Below, one piece after another: positions 39,139-49,903 of a DNA stretch of 64,000 bases. The position numbers and the translations under genes were made by a program. This stretch comes from Balamuthia mandrillaris. Its lineage: Eukaryota. How positions within the stretch are numbered: the first letter of the stretch is position 1; every line of letters starts with the position of its first letter. Below the pieces are notes generated by a model that saw only the letters and a program-made list of their open reading frames with translations, ran no database searches and was not told the origin of the DNA. The DNA lies in contig JAVKOQ020000026.1 of assembly GCA_031835245.2 (NCBI GenBank), positions 186,001 to 250,000 of the forward strand, written 5' to 3'.

Positions 39139-40380
39139 CTAAAGGTTGGCATACTTTTCTTTGGCTCTACCGCTCAAAAACTTATCCACCTCGGTGAAGT
39201 TCTTGCACGCTCCCGAGCCCTTCAATCCTCCTCGTTCCTCAGAGCAACGTGCCGTGTGCACCGCTGCAAGCGCCTGCAACCGCTGCTGCATCCTCTCTCG
39301 CCCAAAGCGCTCCACCCGCTGGTCCAACTTGGCCATCGCCGCCTCATACAACCGAATGTCCAACTCCAAGAACTCGCGCAGCTTCTCCTTCACATCCGAC
39401 GCCAAGCTCTCCACCTTGGGTCTTCCTTGCACCACCCCATAGTTGCTGTAGTTCCTGACCACCTCCGGGCTGATCACTCCATCTTCCATTAACAGTATGA
39501 GACATTCGTCGAAGCGCTCCGCTACCACCACCATCTCGAAGGTGTCCAACACTGCCATCAGCCGCTGGAGTTCCTGCTCCGTGTTCAACGTGCGAATTGT
39601 GGCCATTCCAGGGTGTTCCTTGCGAACAAAGGCCTCAATGTCGTTGCCCCAATTTAAGTGGGGCAACCGCAGCTGCTTGTAGTAGAAGCGAGACATGAAG
39701 CGGTCCAGAGGTTCTCGTTGGGAGAAGAACCAGTAGCATAGCTCGTGATTGTGTGCCGTGCGGTTGCGTTTGCGCGTTTTCTTGGAGTTGGCCTTGAGAT
39801 TGTTCTCGGTGGCAGCTTTGGTTCTACGCTCGCTCTCCAACCATTCCAACATAACACTCAATCGAAAGTGACCACTGATGTAGTCGGCATCCCTCACGTC
39901 ACGCTGGTGGGGCAGAAAGCTCTTGTTCCAAAGCTTGGCTGTGTCCTTCAGGATGTGGTTTAGTGTGGTTCCACCAGTCTTTTCAATATGCCAGAACCTC
40001 ACACATCTATCTAAATGCTCCACCTCTTCATGGGAGGTCGAGATAGCTTTGGAAAGAGAATCGAAGGAAGAAGGAGAATAGGAAGGAGGAGAAAAAGGAG
40101 GAAAAGAAGGAGGAGAAAGAGAAGGAGAAGGAGAGGAAGGAGCGGGAGGTGGAGGCGAGCGATTCAGAAAGGGGGCAGGAGTTGAAGTTAGGGTTGGGCC
40201 TCTCTGGTCAAAGTAACTCTTGTCCCAGCTAGATTTGGATGTATTAGAAGTAGAGGGGAGCGAAGTTGTTGGTTTGAAATAGTCGTCGTGAGAGATGTAC
40301 TGCAACAATAACCCAAGAAGATAAGCCAATGGGACAGCGAGGACTTGCTGTTGGTATTTTGCGTCGACGTGGTAAACCAT
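39139..40380 (-). CDS. Type II membrane Golgi-type sulfotransferase, copy 2, intronless
   Basis: TM anchor, Pro/Ser stem, FWHIEKTGGTTL, REPLDRFMSRFYY. C-terminal part nearly identical to copy 1. Confidence 0.87.
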   Translation of the reverse strand: MVYHVDAKYQQQVLAVPLAYLLGLLLQYISHDDYFKPTTSLPSTSNTSKSSWDKSYFDQRGPTLTSTPAPFLNRSPPPPAPSSPSPSLSPPSFPPFSPPSYSPSSFDSLSKAISTSHEEVEHLDRCVRFWHIEKTGGTTLNHILKDTAKLWNKSFLPHQRDVRDADYISGHFRLSVMLEWLESERRTKAATENNLKANSKKTRKRNRTAHNHELCYWFFSQREPLDRFMSRFYYKQLRLPHLNWGNDIEAFVRKEHPGMATIRTLNTEQELQRLMAVLDTFEMVVVAERFDECLILLMEDGVISPEVVRNYSNYGVVQGRPKVESLASDVKEKLREFLELDIRLYEAAMAKLDQRVERFGRERMQQRLQALAAVHTARCSEERGGLKGSGACKNFTEVDKFLSGRAKEKYANL

Positions 40381-40410
40381 TGTTTTGTTTTTATGTTTAT
40401 TGTTTCCGTT

Positions 40411-41212
40411 TTATGTGTCCGTTCTATGAAAGGCAGCTCGCTCAAACGGAGAAGTACCAGAGGCATGATAATACAGCGGAGACGTTGCTTCCATGGGAGG
40501 AGCACTGGCGTCCTGGTTAAAATACTGGTGAGGAGAATGAAGAAACCCTTGGGGTTGTGGTTGTTGCTGGTGTTGCGTCATTCTTGGGGCATCACCTCCG
40601 CCTCCGCCTTCCAAACCACCGTCCACAAACGAAAAAGACTTGGGCGGCAAGTCGCTGTCATGAAGATAGGCCTGCTCCTTCGGTCCCGCGCAGCACCTTC
40701 TCAGCTCCTTGAACAACAACCGGCTCAGTAGCAAGGCACTCGCCCCACACATCCCCATCAACATCCAAAATACTCTATCCCAACCGTCGTGCGTGCTGGA
40801 CAGCCAACCCGTGATAAAAGGCCCAACGGCCGCTCCCATGCTCCCTGTTCCATCGATGATAGCCGTAACGGTGGCCAAGGCCTTAGCATCCCCTTTCAAG
40901 GAGCTGTGCGTGCCGAGGTCAGCCGAGACAGCTGTCGTGATGAGGGAGTACGGCCCGTTGACAAAGACACCAGCCACCAGCATGAGCACAATGTTGAGGG
41001 CATAGCTATGGTCCCCAAAGGCGCGATAGCAGTAGAGAGCTGGCACGGAGATGTACATCATCACGGCAGAGGTGGTGGCCTGTGCGGGGAGCCAGTCAGA
41101 GATGAGGCCGGCGATGATGCCGCCAATGATGCCGCCCACATCGAAGAGAGTGGATAGGTTGCCCGATTCCGAGGTGCTCAGTTTGTCATCCCCAATCTCT
41201 GTTGATATGAAG

Positions 41213-41244
<32 letters not shown>

Positions 41245-42571
41245 TTAAAAGAAAGCAAACAAAAAAAAAAGAAAAGAGAAAAGAACAAGTACCAGTATGG
41301 TTAAGGTAAAAAGGCAACCAGTAAAGAAAGGTATAGCTGACCAACTTGCAAAAGAACAACGCCATAGCAAACTCAGCCACACCAGGTATCATCCACGCTC
41401 TGAAAAAGTTAATGCCTTGCTTCTTCTGTTTAGCGGCAGACAACAAGATAGTGTCCTCTCTTCCTTCACCATCTCCTGCGCCGCTTCCTTTGATCTTCTT
41501 ATTGGTAGGGTTGATGGAGCCGGAAGTAACAGCACCATAGCCAACCCCATAAGAACCAACGTCAGAGTCTGTCTCTGTTTCTGTGATCACATTTTCCTCT
41601 TCCTCTTCATCTCCTGAATGATGGTTTGGTAGCAAGACCACTGCATTCGGCGAGTCGAGTCCTACGTCCTCCGGAGTTACCACTAAGAAGAGGAAGATAG
41701 CGACACCAAGAGCGCCAATAATGCCGCCTGGGATGATGAAGGAGTAACCCCAACCGATGGCCAAGGCAGCAGAGCATATGGCCGAGCCCAGGATGTTGCC
41801 CACCGAGGTGTGTGCATTCCAGACGCCCATGATGAAGCCTCTCTTGCCCTTGCCGAACCAGTAACCCACCACGCTGACCACCGCGGGCCAGCCGGTGGAT
41901 TGGACGATACCGCAGAGGACTTGCACCACCACAAAGTACCAGAACATGTGCAGTTTCCAGATGTAGGCCATGCCAAAAAGCGCTGTGAATACACCGGTCA
42001 ATATCATTCCTGCACTCAGGAAGTATCTGTGGAGTAGTTTTCAAAGTTAGAAAGATGGAAAAGCGAGAGGAGAGAGGCGAGAGGAGGAGAGAGCAGAGAG
42101 CAGAGAGCAGAGAGCAGAGAGCAGAGAGCAGAGAGTAGAGAGCAGAGAGAGACTTTGGGATAGAATAAATAGAAAAGAGGAAAGGCGAGGACAAGGACAA
42201 AACCTGAGGTTCAGGCGGTCACCAAGATGTCCACTGAAAAACATGCCAACAGCGTAAGAGAAAAGAAAAGCGGTATCAAGGGAACCAAGTAAGCCCTCTC
42301 CTTTTGAAGTATTAAAGGGAGCCCAACCGTCATAGGGCTTCTCGTGATCGGTGCTGTTGTTGTGCGTGTGAAGAGTGGACTTGACGATGCTCGGTGCCTT
42401 GCGAGCCAAGTGATAGGACATGTAACAGAGAAAAGTGAGGAGGAGAACAGAGGCCTGCATCAAGATCCGCTTCCGCGACGTGCTCAACGAGGGACAACAG
42501 CCACAACATGCTCGCAGGATAATCACACCGAGAGGCACGTTCTTGGTATGCTTTTTCTTTCTGACTTCCAT
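40411..42571 (-). CDS. SLC37A: MFS sugar-phosphate/glycerol-3-phosphate exchanger (SLC37A1/2-like)
   Basis: [87 protein letters not shown]. Confidence 0.93.
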
Positions 42572-43014
42572 CTGTTTTTTCTTCCTTCCACCAAGTGTTC
42601 TCTGTCTGCTCTCCACTGTTTTTGTAACCTTTAATATGAACCATTTTCGTTAGTGACACGTATGACAATAATAACAAAAAACCCCTGTAAGAGTACCTTT
42701 TGTTTTTCGCGTTCTCTCAGCGCACGTCCATACACCGGTCACTCGCGCCGCAGCACACAACCAAAGACAACCTATAACAACAACGTTGTTTTTGTTTAGC
42801 GAGGGAGAGGAGGAGCCAAAGAAAAAGAGGAGCTGGTCTGCTTCTTCTCCGCCAGAGTTGTTCCGGTTGAGTTTCTGCTTGAGGAGTTTAATTAAAGAAA
42901 TTTTGGCGATCAAATTACCAAATTAGTAAGATACACGTCACTTTATATCTTTAATTAGGTATATAAATCCCCAGCTTACGTGTGTTACAGTTTTAGTTTT
43001 ATTTTGTTTTGGCT

Positions 43015-44178
43015 CTATGGATGCTCTTCCCCCCCAAAGGTGGCGTTGTGCCTCCGCCAAAACAAGTCACGGGCAAACTCCCAAAGCTCGATGTCCAGGT
43101 GGTTGATCTCCTTGATCATCTCCACCACCTCCTCCGGCACCTTTTGCTGCGACACAAACTCCGGGAAAGCCTCGAAGCAAAGCTGCGGGAACTTGTGCCG
43201 CAGCATCTGCCACAACTCCGTTGGCGCTTCGTAAATGCCCACCACATGAAGCTCCTCCAGCAGGACCCGCTTGGCATCCTCTAAAATAAGTCTCTCGTGC
43301 TCCGGGTTGCCCAACTGCAGGCCGCCCTCACAAAGGGAGGGCACCAGTGTGCTCAACATGATGGTCTGGCGGTTGCGCCCGGCGTTGGTCTCATGTGAAG
43401 CCCAGCTCTTAAAATCCTCCAGGTTGCCCTGAAAGGGCGGGTACCGTCCTCTTACGTACTTTCGAGGGTCAGGCGGACGGGTGTCGATGACCTTGCCATT
43501 ACAGTCGGTCGGCCAGAAGACATGCCACAGCTGAAAGGTGCCTTGCGTCTCGAGGTATTCATGCCAGAAGCGCTCCACAGGATGCCGCACCTGAGTGATC
43601 CAAAGGGGATTCCGGTTGCCAAACTTGGTCGACAGGCATTGGTTCCACCGTGTGTAGCTTGGGTGCACACCACAACGCCACTTGGTGGTGGAGCGGCTGA
43701 GAAGCCAAGTGGAGCCCTGGAAGAAGCTAGGTGAGAGACAAGAGCCTTTCCCTTCCTGTGCACCGCTTTCGAGCACCGAGTTGAACGTTTTGCCGCCGCT
43801 CTTTTGGAGGTGAACGTGCACCAGGAGGTCCTTTGGGCTAAGGGTTATGGGCTCGACTTTGTCGCTGATACTTGCTTCCTCTTCTTCATCCTCGTCTTCT
43901 TGGTATTTGTAGTGGTATTGAGGCCCTTCGTATTGGTATGGCTGATCTTCTCCGTCGTGTTGCTCGTTGTTGTTGTTCCCTTGTGTCACAGGCGGCGCGT
44001 CAGAGACGCCGCTCTTCTGCCCCCGCGTCGTCGTTTGTTCTTGGGTGCTTGTCACAAAAACACGCTCCACGTTCTCAGTGCACCGCGAGCCGAGCTGCAG
44101 CCACAATGAAAAGCAGAGAAAAAGAAGGACAGCAATCAAAAGGGACTTGGGGTCCATTCGAACCCCTGCCACATGCAT
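43015..44178 (-). CDS. HS6ST: Heparan-sulfate 6-O-sulfotransferase-like protein, intronless
   Basis: TM anchor, VHVHLQKSGGKTF, TWLLSRSTTKWRCGVH, ITQVRHPVERF, NRQTIML, LEDAKRVL, INHLDIELWEFARDLF. These match HS6ST motif order as I recall it. Confidence 0.8.
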   Translation of the reverse strand: MHVAGVRMDPKSLLIAVLLFLCFSLWLQLGSRCTENVERVFVTSTQEQTTTRGQKSGVSDAPPVTQGNNNNEQHDGEDQPYQYEGPQYHYKYQEDEDEEEEASISDKVEPITLSPKDLLVHVHLQKSGGKTFNSVLESGAQEGKGSCLSPSFFQGSTWLLSRSTTKWRCGVHPSYTRWNQCLSTKFGNRNPLWITQVRHPVERFWHEYLETQGTFQLWHVFWPTDCNGKVIDTRPPDPRKYVRGRYPPFQGNLEDFKSWASHETNAGRNRQTIMLSTLVPSLCEGGLQLGNPEHERLILEDAKRVLLEELHVVGIYEAPTELWQMLRHKFPQLCFEAFPEFVSQQKVPEEVVEMIKEINHLDIELWEFARDLFWRRHNATFGGEEHP

Positions 44179-44345
44179 TTCTTCCTTCCTTCGCGCCTCT
44201 GCTCTCTCTTTCTTTCTTGTCACAACAATTATTTGTGGTTGCGTTTTAATTTGGGATGCATTACCCTCGTTTAGAAAGACCTACGAGGTTGGTAGTCGGC
44301 CTGACTTTGCTTGAATAACTCAAAGAAGGCGAGCATGATATTAAT

Positions 44346-45329
44346 ATGAGGGTTTTACATTTCGTGGTTCCCTTTGGTCTTGGGATTTGGTTCTGTCTGA
44401 TTATGACCTCGTTATGGGGCCAGAATTGTTCGCCCAATGCCACTCCTGAGCAAGCAAATTGTGAAGTTCAACACTATTCACCGCTAGCGTACTCCAGCGG
44501 TATCTGTCTCCGTACCAACGACAACAACAAATACAAGGACGAGAGCCAGTCCCCAGTCCAGACCGCAGCTTGCCTGAGTTGTGCTGAACGATTAACCATA
44601 GGAAAAGAGCTGGGATACTACTTTGACGACCTCCGTGGATATCCCTCGAAACCGAGCAGCCGCGCCGTCAATGTCTTTGGACTAGGACTATCCAAGACTG
44701 GTACGACCTCCCTGACCGCCGCTCTGAAAGAGCTGGGCATTCGTTGCTGGCACACACCAATGGAGACAACAGAAGACCTCCTTTTCATGACCACCGCAGA
44801 CAAAGTGTCTCCTCTTAGCGTGGATATCGTGAGACGCTGGGACTCATCCCGTGCGGTCACCGACACCCCAGTTCCTTACTACTTTGAGGAACTGCTGCTC
44901 ATGTATCCCAACGCCAAGTTCATCCTGACAGTGCGAGATGCCGCTGCGTGGTGGCGGTCCTGGAAGGCCCACATGGAGAGGCACCCTCAACCGATTCAAT
45001 TCTCAAACGTCACAAGAGTGCTCCACTACGGAAGTCGGTGGCCCAACGAGTACTCATCCATTAAGGCTTTCCTGCGGCACAACAGGTTGGTGCAGACCAT
45101 CATTCCTCCAGAGCAGCTGTTGGTGATGGATGTGGCAAAGGGAGACGGATACAACAAGCTGTGTGCGTTCTTGAGCATAGCGGAGCACAAGTGCCCTCCG
45201 GACAGCGAGTTCCCGGTAACACACACAAGAGCACAAGCCGAGGTGAGGCGCCAGAGCGTGGCCGCACAGGTTTCCGAACAGTCCCGCAAACGACGGGCAG
45301 GAGACCCCTGGTTCCTCAAACGGCGATAG
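44346..45329 (+). CDS. P-loop sulfotransferase family protein (Sulfotransfer_4-like) with N-terminal hydrophobic anchor, intronless
   Basis: VFGLGLSKTGTTSLTAAL, DTP, YPNAKFILTVRD..WW.S, HN..V...IPPEQLL, G.LC.FL..FP. Confidence 0.87.
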   Translation: MRVLHFVVPFGLGIWFCLIMTSLWGQNCSPNATPEQANCEVQHYSPLAYSSGICLRTNDNNKYKDESQSPVQTAACLSCAERLTIGKELGYYFDDLRGYPSKPSSRAVNVFGLGLSKTGTTSLTAALKELGIRCWHTPMETTEDLLFMTTADKVSPLSVDIVRRWDSSRAVTDTPVPYYFEELLLMYPNAKFILTVRDAAAWWRSWKAHMERHPQPIQFSNVTRVLHYGSRWPNEYSSIKAFLRHNRLVQTIIPPEQLLVMDVAKGDGYNKLCAFLSIAEHKCPPDSEFPVTHTRAQAEVRRQSVAAQVSEQSRKRRAGDPWFLKRR

Positions 45330-45926
45330 GCACAAGCAATTATCCTTAATAATTTGCCGCACAAATTTAACATATCCTCGCAAATTTTTCGATTCGTGGA
45401 AATTTTTCGAGTTTTCGTGGTTTCGCGCCTTTTTTTTTTTGCTCCCCAAACCGTGTCTACGTGGCATCCTCCTCCTGCTGCTGCGCGAGGAACAAACTTG
45501 CCAGCAATGAAAGGCAACGAAACCGGCAAAAAAAAATAAATCGGGTGAGCGGGTGCGTGGAGGTGGCAGAAAATCAGAAGCCAACTTCCGCGTGCCCCCC
45601 AAACGCCTTTTTGTTACTGGGGGGGGCGGCGGGAACGCGTGCGAACCAACCGCAACTCTCCATAAGGGGCGATGGAGGTTTCCGATTTTTCGGTTTTAGG
45701 GCATGAAAGGGCCGACCTTTCCTCTCCCTTTTCCTCATGGGGGGCAGGCAAAAGGAAGAAGAAGAAGGAACTCTTAATGAATGAGCTTTTAATGGGGTTT
45801 TTTTTTTGTTGTTTTAAAGAAAGTCTCTTCAACAACGAAAACCCAAAAACAAAAACATTTTTGAACTGTTGGAAGGATAAACAAAGTGCCAGCAAAGGTC
45901 AACCTTTTTTTTATATATAAAAAGTA

Positions 45927-47378
45927 ATGCTTCATACAGGAGGAAGAAGACGACGTCAGAGAATGCGTTCGCAGCAACCATTGGCGCAGATACCGCAGCC
46001 GAACCTGCTTGAGGAGGAAGCGGAAGAGGAAGGCGACGAGACGCAGTCCTCGGAAGGCGAGGAACAGGCGGAGGAGCTGCTCTTTGGCCCTCGTCTCCAC
46101 ATCCTCGAGCAGCGCTCCCTGGCCAAAGAGGAACAGACCATCGAGGATGGCACAGCGACAACGGAAGAAGGAGCCCCCGCAACGAGGACCAAGGTGGTTC
46201 ACAACGTAGTGAAGAACACCCCATTCGTGGTTCGTGTTGGCCTTCAAAGCTGCGAGGAGGCGGCCCCTCTCGCTTTCAACTTCAACACCACGCACTCGTT
46301 GGAGGTGGCGCTCTGCTTCGACTGCGAGGAGCTCAAAGAGGTCCCTTTCCTGAACCAAAAGCCGGTCGACTACAGGGTTCGCAGCGTCACCAACGCAAAC
46401 AAGGAGGTGGAGCTCAACGTGGACGTGAAGATCAGGGTGCTGTCGAGCCACTGCGAGCACATGATGTTTCGTCTGCGCTTTCGCTTGGTGGACGTTGTGA
46501 CGGGAGAGGCGGTCCTCCTCATGAGTGAAGGACGAAACGGAGGCCATTGCGAAGTCTTCTCGGAGGCCATTCGAGTGGTGAGCAAACCGGAACAGATCAA
46601 GACGGCGGTGCAACAGCAACAACAACAAGGACAGCAACAGGGAAAGAATGCCACCACCGCCACAAAGAAGAAGAGCACCAAACGAACCGTCAACGACAGA
46701 ATAGAGGAGATAGTGATGAGAATGGAGAGCGCACAGCGAAGACAGACATGCTTGTTGGAGCAACTCTTTGCAGAGAAACAACAACGGACGAAGGCTGAAC
46801 AAGACAACGAGAACGAAGTTGAGAGCTCTTCTTCTCGCTACCACAAACGACGGAAGCTATCTCCTTCTGAATATCACCATGAAGTTGTAAAGACCGAAGC
46901 TGTGGACAATGAAGAAGAACAACAGCGTCAACTGGAACAAGCGATGGACAACCTGTTGGATGTCTACCAGCGACTCGACTCGGAGAGCAAGCCACGCGCT
47001 CTCCGGCGGTTGCTTCGCAAGACATCGGCACGACGGACCTCCTCGCTATGCGAGATGGTCTCCCTGTTGGACTCTCAGGGCTTGGCCATGCCTCACAACG
47101 AAAGTCTTTTGCTTTCTTCGGCTAACAGCGAACAACAACAACAACAACAACAACAACAGAAAGAAGAAGAGAACAACTTCCTTCCTCCTCCTTCGTTGGA
47201 AGCATCATCTGCAACAACAGCGATGCCTATGACTTCGTTCTTTTGGTTGGAGGAAAACTTGTCTGCGAATGGAGGAATACGAAACAAAGAAGAACTACTG
47301 CAACGGAGTTGTTGGGATGAGGTGATTCTTGGAGGAGAGTTTGACTTGTTTCAAGAGTGCTTCTCAACAGTGCTCTGA
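45927..47378 (+). CDS. cudA: CudA-family transcription factor, intronless
   Basis: VHNVVKNTPF, KEVPFLNQKPVDY, VKIRVLSSHCEHMMFRLR, SEAIRVVSKPEQ followed by a basic stretch and a coiled coil. Confidence 0.75.
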   Translation: MLHTGGRRRRQRMRSQQPLAQIPQPNLLEEEAEEEGDETQSSEGEEQAEELLFGPRLHILEQRSLAKEEQTIEDGTATTEEGAPATRTKVVHNVVKNTPFVVRVGLQSCEEAAPLAFNFNTTHSLEVALCFDCEELKEVPFLNQKPVDYRVRSVTNANKEVELNVDVKIRVLSSHCEHMMFRLRFRLVDVVTGEAVLLMSEGRNGGHCEVFSEAIRVVSKPEQIKTAVQQQQQQGQQQGKNATTATKKKSTKRTVNDRIEEIVMRMESAQRRQTCLLEQLFAEKQQRTKAEQDNENEVESSSSRYHKRRKLSPSEYHHEVVKTEAVDNEEEQQRQLEQAMDNLLDVYQRLDSESKPRALRRLLRKTSARRTSSLCEMVSLLDSQGLAMPHNESLLLSSANSEQQQQQQQQQKEEENNFLPPPSLEASSATTAMPMTSFFWLEENLSANGGIRNKEELLQRSCWDEVILGGEFDLFQECFSTVL

Positions 47379-47500
47379 AAGATGAGGTGTTGTTCTGTAT
47401 GTAAATTTGTAAATATTGTTTATAATATTATTATTATTGTTTATAATACTTGTTTTTTCACCAGTCGTTCTCGCTTCTTCCACATTCAGGGGATCATGTC

Positions 47501-48882
47501 TCAAAAGGAAGAGTGGTGAAGGTGTTCAGAAGAAGGGTCGTAATATTGTTGGTACTGGAGTTGTTGTAATTGTTGTTGTTGGAGAGCAGCTGAGTGATGG
47601 TGGTGTTGTTGAGGATGATGAGAAGCAACCGGAGAGAGAGAAACCATTCCTGAAGCACCAGCTGAAGAGACATGAGATTTGGGGGAAAGTCCAGCCGCTC
47701 CCCCGCCTCCGCCGCTGCCGTAGTCCAGCGAGCCACTGCTACTGCGATATGTATAATACATTGGCATCATCTGTTGTGGTAAAGAGTGTCAGGTCAAGAA
47801 CAGGGAGAGAGCAGAGGAGAGGATACAGAAAGGAGAACATAAAATAAAGAAGAGACAGGGGACCTGAGGATCGGATCTAGGAGGGGAAGGAGAGGAATGA
47901 GGAGGAACGGCAGGGTTGTATTGCATGGAGCCATAGAATTGGTTTGCTTGTTGGGCGGTCATCATGTACTGAACGGGCTGCCAGGTGCCTTGGGGACCTA
48001 CTGGCATCATCACTTGTACTGGATAAAGCGTTTGCGAGCCTGATCTATTTACACTTCCTCCATTGCTGCTATGTCCTGTAGAAGGAGCATAGGCAGTGAG
48101 ACATTAGATGAGTCTCAAACGGAAAGGAAAAAGTAAAGTACCAAGACGGCGATTGTGCTTGGGTTTTCCTTTGGGGCTTCTCACGTTGGTGGTGGTAACG
48201 CGTTTCTTGGTGGTTGGCTTCTTTCCAAAGTTGCATTGAACTTTCACTCCACAAATCTCCTTATCATTAAGATTTGTAATAGCCATTGCGGCCGCATCTT
48301 CTCCTTCATCCGTGTCTTCATAGTAGATGAACCCAAATCCACGCAATTGCCCTTGCGAACGAGGAAGGTTGACGCTGATAATAGTTCCAAACTCCTCGAA
48401 CTTGTTGATTACATCGCTTTCAGAGAGTTTGTCGGAATCGGCCGCATCGAATTGAAGATGGACGCAGTGACGTTGATAGTTGGCTTCTCCCCATCCGATA
48501 CGAATGGCTCTCGATCCTTTGTTTTTTTTAAAAAAAAATGAGAAAATGAAATGAGAGAAGAGGAGAGAGGGTGTACCTAAAACTTTGCCATCCATTTCAC
48601 GCTTGGCCTTTTCGGCATGTCTCCGATGTCTGAAACGAACAAAACCATAGTTACGATTTTTCACAAAAGTTTCTTCATCGTAAATAGGTCCGAATTCTCT
48701 GTTTTGTTGTTTGTTTGTCTTAGAAAAAATGCTTTCTTTTCTTTCTTATTTTTGACTCTCTTCTTTCTTACCGAAATATTTCTCGAAGCTGTTCGTTGCT
48801 AATAGAAGGATCCAAATCGCCAATAAAGAGATTCGTGTTCTTCTGAGCCCATCCGATACGAACTGCTCTTCCCCCAATTACT

Positions 48883-48920
<38 letters not shown>

Positions 48921-49238
48921 GAATGAAAGAAGGGTGTGGTATTTGCAAAGAAAAGTGGTACCGCTGCGATGAAGAGCTTTCTTTGCTTCAGATGCTTGCA
49001 TTCGAGTCTAAAATTGCAAATAAATCAAAGGAATCTTAAACGTGAGAGAGAGAGAGAGAGAGAGAACGAACCTTGAAAGTAATGAAACCATAGCCCAAAC
49101 TGAAGCCCGTTACTTTGTCTCGTTTTATTTCGATGTTGGCAACGCCAAACTGCTCAAAAGGCTCTCGTAGTTGTTCCTGCACAAACGCTTTAACGTAAGC
49201 TCAAGAAGTGGAGACAAGAGAAAGAAGAAAAACAAGAG

Positions 49239-49274
<36 letters not shown>

Positions 49275-49425
49275 GAGAGAGAGACTGAGAGAGAGAAGAG
49301 GACAGAGAGCAAATGAGAAGAGGGATAACGGTTCTAAACCTCATTCAAGCCACGCGCCAAATCACCGATAAATAAACAACCTATTTGTTACGTTAGTCAT
49401 CTCTGTGAGTGAGAGAGAGAGAAAG

Positions 49426-49470
<45 letters not shown>

Positions 49471-49903
49471 ACAGAAACACCAAACACGTACATTCTTCAG
49501 GAAACTCATCTTCGCTTCCCTCTTCATCTTCTCCTTCTCCAACCTCTCCAATGTGTTGTTGTTGTTGTTCTTCTGTTGTGGTGTTCTCTTTCTGTTTTTC
49601 TTTCCATTGAGCTTCTTTGGCTTTGGCCTCGTCCTCCTCCTCATCCGCGTGTGAAACTTTTCTATCTTCTGTTCACATTTTTTGTTTGCATAAAATGAAA
49701 CGAAAAAAAAATGAAATGAAAAATATTAAAACAAAAAAAAAAGAAAAAAAGAAAAAGAAAAAAAGAAAAGAAAAGAGAAGAAAGAAACCTCTGTTTTCTT
49801 TGCTCAGGTCCTCTTTCTTGTTGAGCATAGGGGGGCTTGCTTCCTCGTTGACGCTGACGTTGGAGAGAGAGTCGCCAAGCTTGTCCACTTCCGTGTGATC
49901 CAT
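47501..49903 (-). CDS. Multi-RRM RNA-binding protein (three RRMs) with Q/P/Y-rich C-terminus
   Basis: LFIGDL (RNP2) twice, and RNP1-like GYGFITF, NYGFVRF, RGFGFIYY. Many introns. Confidence 0.85.
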
